Source: Barthelona sp. PAP020
Taxonomy: Eukaryota
Direction: 5' to 3'
NCBI GenBank assembly: GCA_040182905.1
Contig: JARQWU010000073.1
Location: 1-37,950 of the forward strand
Length of the DNA stretch: 37,950 nucleotides
Shown: piece after piece, positions 30,468 through 37,950 of the stretch
Position numbering within the stretch: the first letter of the stretch is position 1
How the letters are laid out: every line of letters starts with the position of its first letter
The notes under the pieces: model-generated
Seen by the model: the letters and a program-made list of their open reading frames with translations, nothing else
Databases searched by the model: none
What the model was told of the DNA's origin: nothing
Made by a program: the position numbers and the translations under genes

Positions 30468-31577
30468 TTATTCAGTCTTAACGTCATCCAAAATATCATC
30501 TGAATAATAATCTTGTGTGTCAACCATACTTAACATTTCAGAAGTTTGATCATAGCTCTCAGAATATTGACTTCCTGTATTATATGGTGAAATTTGTTGG
30601 TGATTTTGAAAGGTTGAAGTGATATCAGAATAAAATCCTGCCTTTTGACCGGGAAGATAAGCACTACTGAAAGCTTGTGAATTAATGACCTCAACTTGAT
30701 GAGGCTTGACAGCCAAAGCAGGAAACAACACACCAGCACCAAGCTGATTTCCCACAATGGTTGGCAAATTGAAATCAGGTGTTGTTGGAGAGTTAACCAT
30801 TCTACAGACCAAAAAATTTTGGATATCTTGGTCAAATTTGGTTCTAGAAGCAACAGTACCAATTTTTTGAATCAAATCAAAGACCTGTCTGAAGGGGACC
30901 GATTCAACTTTATCAATTTCACAAGTGTGACCTAATATATGAAGTCTACAATATAAATCTAAAGGAATAAAAACAACAGCAGTACAAAAAAAATGAACAA
31001 AACATTTTTGTGGCAATTTCTTAGGAGTAGACATCACTTGAACAGCGATTAAATGTTCTTTTGTTGCTGTTAATTCTCCAGGAGTTAAACTATTATGAAT
31101 GGTAACCAACTCACAATATGCATTCAATGCATTTTGTCCTGATTTTCGTAATTGTCCACTATACCTTCCATAATATACATTATGCTGTTCATTATATTCC
31201 AAAATATTTGTTGGATCTGTATCTTCTAATAAAAAAACAAATTGTGCTTTGTTATCTCCCATATTGACATCAAACTGTGTGTCAAAAAATATTTTTGGCA
31301 TTGCATTAATACCAGTGACAACAGTAAGATTATCATCTTCCAAAACAATCCTTGCCATGGTAAAAGTAAATGGAGAATTGTTATCTCCACGTACTAACTT
31401 ACATATTTCTTTAAAACAAAAATAATTTTCAAATGGATCAAAAGTGGATAATAAGGCATATGTTTTTGCGACACCAAAATACGCAGAATTTCTGACAACA
31501 AATTTGCAATTACCATTCTTACTTTTGGACACGCATGGTTCCAATATTCTCAATGGATACTTGATGGATTCATTCAT
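30468..31577 (-). CDS. Hypothetical protein (beta-rich N-terminal domain, Ser/Gln/acidic tail)
   Basis: ORF of about 369 codons; ATG 31577 (MNESIKY) follows a T-run; no confident family. Confidence 0.8.
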   Translation of the reverse strand: MNESIKYPLRILEPCVSKSKNGNCKFVVRNSAYFGVAKTYALLSTFDPFENYFCFKEICKLVRGDNNSPFTFTMARIVLEDDNLTVVTGINAMPKIFFDTQFDVNMGDNKAQFVFLLEDTDPTNILEYNEQHNVYYGRYSGQLRKSGQNALNAYCELVTIHNSLTPGELTATKEHLIAVQVMSTPKKLPQKCFVHFFCTAVVFIPLDLYCRLHILGHTCEIDKVESVPFRQVFDLIQKIGTVASRTKFDQDIQNFLVCRMVNSPTTPDFNLPTIVGNQLGAGVLFPALAVKPHQVEVINSQAFSSAYLPGQKAGFYSDITSTFQNHQQISPYNTGSQYSESYDQTSEMLSMVDTQDYYSDDILDDVKTE

Positions 31578-31758
31578 TTTTCTAGAAAAAAAAAAAAGAA
31601 TTGAAAACGAAAGCAAACAATTTTCAGAATAAAAAGACTTCCAAACAATTTCTGAATTTCTTATTGTTCAAACAATACATAAATACTGTCTTTATCCCCT
31701 TTAAAAAAGACAACATTATAATTTTCTGACTCAATTCAGACTTTTTTTTTCTTTTCAA

Positions 31759-32025
31759 ATGAACGACCATATTCCCACAAAAAAAGAGATATTTCATGAA
31801 GATATGGAATATGTTAGAAACAATCCAATGATTGAAAATATGTTTACAGCATATTATCGAATATTACATGCTGCTAAACCTGAAGATCCAATAACTTTTA
31901 CGGTTAAATTTTTTACTGATCCAGGCTTGAAGACGATCGTTGAACAGTCATTGGAAGTACCTGTATTATGTCCAGCAGAAAAAATATTTGAATTGGAAGA
32001 TGAAATTTTTGGATTTAATGGTTGA
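31759..32025 (+). CDS. RIIa/Dpy-30 dimerisation-docking domain protein, RIIAD1-like
   Basis: EYVRNNPMIENMFTAYYRILHAAKPEDPITFTVKFFTDPGL fits the RIIa-type pattern KPxDPxxFxxxFF followed by TDP. Confidence 0.8.
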   Translation: MNDHIPTKKEIFHEDMEYVRNNPMIENMFTAYYRILHAAKPEDPITFTVKFFTDPGLKTIVEQSLEVPVLCPAEKIFELEDEIFGFNG

Positions 32026-32289
32026 TTTTAACTCTAATATATTTAAAATTTGTTTGTTGTTGTATTTTTTGTAGAATTAATAGTACTTTTTGTTCTTATA
32101 TGTATATTCTGTTTCATTCATCTTGATAAAGTATCATTTTTATGTTCTTTTTTTTGGTCACTTAAACAAAATTCAAAAACAAATAAAACAAAAAAACCAC
32201 ACTTTATAATTTTTGAAACACATCAATTCAAAAGTTGATATCTTATTTACATTTCTTGTGTACAGAACTCGTCAAATGAAGTCATAATT

Positions 32290-33620
32290 TTAGAATCGAA
32301 TATGATATTTACCTGCTTTTGTTATGTACAAAGCATATTTTTCAGCAGTATAATCATCAGAAGTAATGACTTTTAAGTATTTAACTTGTAAACCAGAAGC
32401 TGCCATGGGTCTCAGTTGGAAATTTAAAGAAATGGGAGGTCGATTCCAATGCTTTTCAGTTCTTGAACGCACAGTTAATAAACTAACTTCTCCTGTCAAT
32501 GTATAAGTTGTTTTTCCATCAAAAGTGGGAATTCTCCAAACTATACCACCATTTTCTGGTTCAAACTTTGCACTACCAGCACCTGAAGACAAATTAATCT
32601 TAGCAGCGCTCGAATTAGGTGGAACAGGTATGACAACTACCACATTTGTAGCTTTTTTATCAGCTTCATATGTTGATTTAATTGTGACATTATACTCGAT
32701 TTTATCTGAAGAAAGTTCATTAACTAATGGTTCTACAATAAAAGGATTCCATTCAACGTTAGAAACTCGATAATTCATAAGTTCAAACTCACCATCAGGT
32801 GGAATAAAATTGATGGAACGTTCGGTTTCCAATTCAGATGTTCTAACACATTGGTCAAAGTGCCAATCTTCAATAGCAACACTGCGTGATCCAGGTCCAC
32901 TTGTACGACTTGGCAACGAATTGCTACCCAACATAAGTCGATCGTTCAAACCAAGCTGGCAATCAGGCATACCAGAAAGGAAACAATGAGCTTTAATAAC
33001 ACCTCTAATTTCTGAATTCAAAATATCCCCAGAACTGCTCATTAGCAAATCAATTTCTTCAGTAACATACAACACAATTTCATTTCTATCGTAATGAATT
33101 CCCTCCTTTCTATGACTAATCTTACCGGTTGCTTGAATGGCAACTTGATCAGTTTCAATTGAAGAACGTGTAACAGCTTCCTTAACAACCAATTTTAGAG
33201 CACTTGTGGCAGTATTTTGTGGAATTCCAAATTCACAACTCTCTTGTAAAATTTGAGTGATAAAAATAAAGTTGGTTCTGACAGATTCATCATCTAATGT
33301 GCCCATTTCTTCTTCAAAAACTCGAATTAAATCATATAAAAACTCAAATCCTTCAGCAACATTCCCATTTCTATGAAAACATGCAACTAAAAAAATATTA
33401 TTTTTGCGTATATGCAAAAAAGTGGATTCACCATAAGTTGTGATTGGATCTTCAACTGCTTTGGATGATATAACATATGATTTAAAATAGTCTATATCAG
33501 CTTGACTAAATATAAGTTAGATTGCATTTGAAAAGAATTAGGGTACGGTATTCCTTCATTATAATGTCTACAAGCCAAGATTTCACCTTTTTGACTAAAA
33601 ATCAAAATAGTTGATATCAT
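32290..33620 (-). CDS. AP2M1: Clathrin adaptor medium (mu) subunit, most like AP-2 mu (two exons)
   Basis: Exons 33620-33547 and 33505-32290 give MISTILIFSQKGEILACRHYNEGIP/QADIDYF, then QATGKISHRKEGI, LSGMPDCQLGLND, INFIPPDGEFELMNYR, WNRPPISLNF, ASGLQVKYLKV and YITKAGKY. Confidence 0.9.
33506..33546 (-). other. Spliceosomal intron, 41 nt (AP mu subunit)
   Basis: GTACCC...CTAACTTATATTTAG on the minus strand; removing it restores the longin-domain N-terminus. Confidence 0.92.
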
Positions 33621-33920
33621 TTCAAACAAAAAAATAGGGATAGTTCCAATTATTTATTCACAACACCACAACAAAAAATCATCAACATAATAAATATGTA
33701 CACTATCCTTCAACTAAGTTTATTTTTCCTCCTGTTTCTTTGACAGAAACCAAAAAATCAATCAATGATACAAATGTTTATTTTTGGCATTTTCCTCCGT
33801 TATTCTTTCATTAATTATCTCAAAAAATCTTAATATTGCTTCGTTTATAATATTCAAAAGGAAAGTAGTTTTTTTTCACCATTAAAATTTTGAAGGAACA
33901 AAATTTTTTGTTTGTTTGAT

Positions 33921-34712
33921 ATGTTTGAAACAACAAATTTGTATACCACATTTAAAAATGCTACGTCTAGGGAAATATTATCGAATCGAGAAGGAACAAA
34001 AAATACTGTATATTATCCTGATGGAACATCCTACAAAGGACAATGGATAGACAGCAAAAAGCATGGTTTTGGTCTGTTTACATACAGAGATGGTTCAGTA
34101 TACAAAGGATGTTTTGAAAATGATGTCAGACAAGGAAATGGTTCAATGTATTCCCTTGATTCAAACAAAAATTTAATATTACAGTATGAAGGAGAATGGT
34201 ATAAGGACTGTATGGAAGGAGAAGGAAGATATTTTTATGAAAATGGAGATGTGTTTACAGGAGGTTTTAGAAATGATTTGTGTCATGGACAAGGAACTTT
34301 AGTCTGTGCAGATGGTAGTCAATATCAAGGACAATGGTATGAAAATATGAAACATGGTGTTGGTGTATTTGTTTCTGCAAACGGTGATAGATTTGAAGGA
34401 AATTGGGAAGAGAACAAAAAAAATGGTAATGGAGTATATTATTATTTTGGAACCAGAAGGAAATATGTTGGCTTTTGGCAAAATGGGGTTGCTAAGTGTG
34501 GTCAATACGAAGATTGGACGGAAGATGATTTTAGAATTGCAAAAGAGTATTTAACCAAAGAACAGATTGAATTACTCGAAAATACAACACTTCACAGTCA
34601 AATTGATTTGCCTGCTCTGGAATTATGTGATTCTCATCATGTTTTGGAGCAATCATTGAAAAGTTTGATAAATTTGGATATCGACCTTAAACCTCGTGAT
34701 TTTATAATGTAA
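33921..34712 (+). CDS. MORN-repeat protein, MORN3-like
   Basis: Seven YxGxWxxxKKHGxG-type repeats, then GVAKCGQY and a C-terminal LPALELCDSHHVL. ATG 33921. Confidence 0.85.
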   Translation: MFETTNLYTTFKNATSREILSNREGTKNTVYYPDGTSYKGQWIDSKKHGFGLFTYRDGSVYKGCFENDVRQGNGSMYSLDSNKNLILQYEGEWYKDCMEGEGRYFYENGDVFTGGFRNDLCHGQGTLVCADGSQYQGQWYENMKHGVGVFVSANGDRFEGNWEENKKNGNGVYYYFGTRRKYVGFWQNGVAKCGQYEDWTEDDFRIAKEYLTKEQIELLENTTLHSQIDLPALELCDSHHVLEQSLKSLINLDIDLKPRDFIM

Positions 34713-34766
34713 AAAAATGTATAAAAATCCTAGTTAGTTTTTTGTGTTTTTTCAACAGCAGTTTTG

Positions 34767-35249
34767 ATGAAAGATGAACGAAAAAAGGTATTTAAGCCGG
34801 TCTTGAAAAATCCATTTGGAATTCCTTGGCCTCATTATGACAATGAGACTCAAATGAATATTATGAGTTGTTTCTTTGAAATGTTTGGAAATTCTTTCAA
34901 CAGTGATGAATATAGACAGCATTTTGTATTTGGAATAAAAGAAGTGACAAAAAATTGTGAACGAAATAATTTATTGTGTATATTTGTTTGAAAAGATGTT
35001 AAACCTTTAATTATGGTGCAATATTTGTCCCCTTTAAGTTATGTAAGACACATTCCTTTGATTTGTATTCAAAATTCATGCTTTTTGTTTGGAAAATGCA
35101 TTACTTTTGGCATTAAAAAGAGTTTTATTAGTGACAAAATCAGTGAAAGAAAGATATTTATTCAGTTTATTAATGAAAAAAATCATAATGAGGATTTGGA
35201 GTTTGGATTTTTGAATCCTGAATACCTTCCATCTCAAATTGGAAATTAG
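34767..35249 (+). CDS. RNase P/MRP subunit Pop3/Rpp38 (L7Ae fold) interrupted by one in-frame TGA at 34989-34991
   Basis: ORFs 34764-34991 and 35013-35249 share a frame. The joined product has RKKVFKPVLKNPF..WP (Pop3 N-terminal motif) and FGIKEVTKNCERNNLLCIFV*KDVKPLIMVQYLSPLSYVRHIP (L7Ae core). Confidence 0.85.
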
Positions 35250-35364
35250 ACCAATTTAATGATTACTTTCAAGATTATCCCAATTTTTTTTCAATATTGG
35301 CCTTGTTTCCTTTTTGTTTCATTGCACAATTAAAATGCAAAAGTTTACTTTTTTCATTGTTTTA

Positions 35365-35568
35365 ATGTGTAGTTTTGCAATGGTGATCTGATGCCTGATT
35401 AAATGCTTTCAATGTCCTTTTTATATGTTCGATTTGATTAATATAAAGATAAATGACCGTGGTTAAAAATTCAATGTCACTTATTTCAGCCCTTTTAGTC
35501 TTTTTTCGGAAATCAAAAGCCCTAATAAAATGGTCTTCTTTTTTTTTTTTGTTTTTTACTAATACACA
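35365..35568 (-). pseudogene. ATG-less 68-codon open frame, possible transposase HTH remnant
   Basis: RKKTKRAEISDIEFLTTVIYLYINQIEHIKRTLKAFNQ loosely resembles the HTH that precedes DDE_Tnp_4 cores. Confidence 0.2.
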
Positions 35569-35761
35569 CTATTTAATCACGTTTTCAAATCCAAAATATT
35601 CTTCAAAATTGAAAGAGAAGATTGATCTTTAAAATTGTTTATTTGAACTTAATTTTGTTCAAATAAAGAATAGATGTTATAAAATTGAAAAGTCCAGATA
35701 ACTCTTCAAAAAAGCAAAATAAATTTTTTTTTGTGAATGCTCAACAAAATAATTTGAAGGG

Positions 35762-37435
35762 ATGAAATTTTGTAATAATATTATATATTTGATACTTTTA
35801 ACATTTTTCTTTGGATTCTGTTGTGCTTCAACCGATGAAAATATAATTGATTTTGAAACATGTAATTTTCCAAAATCTGTATCCTTAAGGATGATAAATT
35901 ACCCAAGTAGTATATGTGTTCGCAGAACACTTGACTATTATACAAACTATAGTGATATTATTGATGTTTTTATGATTGAAGACAATACATTTCGTTATGA
36001 TTTTGTGAATGTTTTTGATAGACCACTGGCTAAATTAAATACCACATTAAACAAAATTTTAAAAAAATTCTTTCCATTGTTTGGTGTTTCACAAACTACT
36101 GATGAAAATTCCGAAAGTAATGAGTATAAAATACCAAAAAGGTATGAAGGAGATACTTATAAAAGTTTTCCTGAATATTTAACTTTTGAATTGGCACTAT
36201 TTAATGATACTTCAGGAAAAATAATTCAAAAATTATCAGACAAAGATAATATTACTCTTAAAATTGGAGAATATATGGACATATATGTATTTCAAAAGCC
36301 TAAATTTGATAATTCAACAAAAATGTGGAAATCTTTGATAAGCTTTGTAAACCCTCATCAAATAAAAGGAATTTTATACATCTTGTGTGGAACAAATTTA
36401 AATGAGGTTTCTAAAGAAAATATTGCAATATTAGAAATAATTAACTTTGAGATTGCTGTTTCTTTTGATTTTTTAAGCTCGTTTGTTAAAAATGATTCTT
36501 ATTTCAATGATTTGTTTTTAATTGAGTTGATACCTTTCATTGTTTTTTTAGTTCTTGTAGTTTTGAATCTGTTTTTTGGATATATCTTATTATTTCCATC
36601 TGGTGTAACAGGTGGATATTTCATTTCGATATTACTATTCAATACTCCTTTGATAACCCCAATAATAATCAATATTTTTGAAAGTGAAATTGGCTGCAAC
36701 CTAATTTTCGTTGCAGATATGTTTATGTTTGATGGATTAGCTTTTGCTCTGATTTTGGAAATATTTCAAACATTTTCACAATTTTCAGATAAAACTGTTG
36801 AAGAAATTGGCACTAAAAAACATATTGAACAACCAAAATGGAAACTGTATTTTTGGATTGTTGGTGGGTTTTCTTTTTTGTCCTTGATTTGTTTGGGATT
36901 ATTTTCAAACACAAAAAGTCGAAATTTATGCATAACAGAAAAGTTTGACGCCCATGGGTTCTTTTTTTCATCTTGCTGGGGAAATGCTGTTAATAATCAG
37001 ATTACTTCTTATGTTATTTTACTCGTTGGTCTTTTATTATTGGCCTTTTTGATATTGAATATGTTAATGTATTTATTTTCAGCAGATGACGAAGATTTAC
37101 TGTTTATTTCAAAAAAAATTCCTCCAATTACCTTTTTAGTCGTCATTTATATGTGTTTTGTTCAAAATTTTGATGTTTTGTTTGATGTTCCAGGTCAAAT
37201 GCTATTAACGTGTGAATTACTTATTAACATGGCGGTTTGTTACTTTTTTGTAAAAAAAAGAAGGTTTTTGAAGACAAATATTCTTATGTATATGCTCTCA
37301 TGTATCTGTAAGATCAAAACAAGAAACGAAAATTCTTTTACAGATATGGAAACTGTGTCAGAAGATGAAAAAATCACAACCATAAATTCTTTGCAACTAT
37401 ATTTAATAAAGCAGTCACCAAATGAACAAAAATAA
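35762..37435 (+). CDS. Hypothetical multipass membrane protein with a signal peptide and a large N-terminal ectodomain
   Basis: Signal peptide, an ectodomain of about 230 aa with several NxS/T sequons, then roughly seven hydrophobic segments. Confidence 0.75.
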   Translation: MKFCNNIIYLILLTFFFGFCCASTDENIIDFETCNFPKSVSLRMINYPSSICVRRTLDYYTNYSDIIDVFMIEDNTFRYDFVNVFDRPLAKLNTTLNKILKKFFPLFGVSQTTDENSESNEYKIPKRYEGDTYKSFPEYLTFELALFNDTSGKIIQKLSDKDNITLKIGEYMDIYVFQKPKFDNSTKMWKSLISFVNPHQIKGILYILCGTNLNEVSKENIAILEIINFEIAVSFDFLSSFVKNDSYFNDLFLIELIPFIVFLVLVVLNLFFGYILLFPSGVTGGYFISILLFNTPLITPIIINIFESEIGCNLIFVADMFMFDGLAFALILEIFQTFSQFSDKTVEEIGTKKHIEQPKWKLYFWIVGGFSFLSLICLGLFSNTKSRNLCITEKFDAHGFFFSSCWGNAVNNQITSYVILLVGLLLLAFLILNMLMYLFSADDEDLLFISKKIPPITFLVVIYMCFVQNFDVLFDVPGQMLLTCELLINMAVCYFFVKKRRFLKTNILMYMLSCICKIKTRNENSFTDMETVSEDEKITTINSLQLYLIKQSPNEQK

Positions 37436-37689
37436 GAGTTTTGAAAAAAATTGTAAATATTTCACTGGCTTTGGTTTTTTCCTTTGTCCATTTCATTTTT
37501 TATTGAAGTATAACCCATTTATTTTACTTCACATGTATATATAGACATGTTTTATCACACATTTTGAAACATAAAAAATATCAATCAAACATCATCATCA
37601 CTTTGCTCAAAACTTCAAATTTTCATGCATTTTCATATTTTCTTCATTTGCATTATTACTGTGAACCAAATCCCAGCAAGTATTAATGA

Positions 37690-37950
37690 TTTTTATTAGA
37701 TGAGGTATGAGTTGTTCAATGAACAACGAAACGAGTTAGCTTAAGGTTTGGGAAAAACTCACGTGGATTCAGATGCCCAAGTAACTTAAAAAATTGGACC
37801 TAAAGATGGTCAAAAAACAACAAATAAAAGGAGTGATATTTGATGACCTCTTTTTATTAGATATTTATGAGGTATGAGTTGTTCAGTGAACAACGAAACG
37901 AGTTAGCTTAAGGTTTGGGGAAAACTCACGTGGATTCAGATGCCCAAGTA
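37690..37950. repeat. Direct repeat with 167-nt period, running off the window end
   Basis: 37700-37783 equals 37867-37950 with 2 mismatches in 84 nt. Both copies are preceded by TTTTTATTAG, the second with a 6-nt insertion. Confidence 0.95.

Noticed and set aside
34717..34766. Extra 5' exon (MYKNP) for Pop3 via a 26-nt GTTAGT...CAG intron
   Set aside because: There is no branch point, the length and donor are atypical, and the ATG would lie only 4 nt after the MORN gene stop.
34978..34995. An 18-nt GT...AG intron that would remove the Pop3 TGA in frame
   Set aside because: It is less than half the length of the four supported introns, has no CTAAY branch point, and would delete a conserved L7Ae beta-strand.
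35250..35500. SECIS element downstream of Pop3/Rpp38 (ATGA at 35259 and 35453, GTGA near 35384)
   Set aside because: None gives a well-paired 11-12 bp helix II with an apical AAR and a matching 3' GA by eye. A non-canonical SECIS cannot be excluded.
2246..36699. Numerous short ORFs in the track that overlap real genes (e.g. 2246-2587, 7682-8011, 12449-12826, 20890-21153, 32525-32773)
   Set aside because: They are antisense or shifted-frame shadows of well-supported CDSs, mostly with TTG/GTG starts and no motifs.
500..37435. Alternative genetic code (TAR=Gln or global TGA=Cys/Trp)
   Set aside because: Conserved genes are fully open in the standard code and end at expected C-termini with TAA, TAG and TGA.
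37700..37775. Hammerhead ribozyme: AUGA-stem-GAAAC plus GAGUU/AACUC resembles stems II and III
   Set aside because: The core reads GGUAUGA instead of CUGANGA, the cleavage triplet would be GUG, and no stem I can be formed.
37690..37950. CRISPR array or other prokaryotic defence locus
   Set aside because: The repeat unit is over 80 nt with only two copies, there are no cas-like ORFs, and all recognisable genes are eukaryotic.

Overview
AT-rich, gene-dense nuclear DNA from a eukaryotic microbe, not a prokaryote. It holds about 27 mostly intronless protein genes: TTBK/CK1 kinase, ribosomal P2, RFC4, GCP3, WDR44, a DCR2-type phosphoesterase, a K+-independent H+-PPase, proteasome alpha-6, a katanin-p80-like protein, an A/B cyclin, two MORN proteins, farnesyltransferase beta, an LRMDA-like LRR protein, Cks1, Vid27, an RIIAD1-like protein, AP-2 mu, Pop3/Rpp38 and several orphans. 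Axonemal-type genes, four tiny 38-41 nt introns with the branch point next to the 3' AG, and a codon-biased PPi-driven pump suggest a flagellated, intron-poor, possibly anaerobic protist. That is inference; the taxon cannot be named from this window. TAA, TAG and TGA all act as stops. The most striking observation is an in-frame TGA exactly at a conserved Cys of the RNase P/MRP subunit Pop3/Rpp38, which could be selenocysteine, readthrough, a nonsense allele or a base error. Several longer intergenic gaps contain stop-riddled frames with motifs of hAT, Harbinger/ISL2EU-like and rve-integrase transposases, pointing to decayed mobile elements. All family assignments come from motif recognition by eye; no database searches were run.
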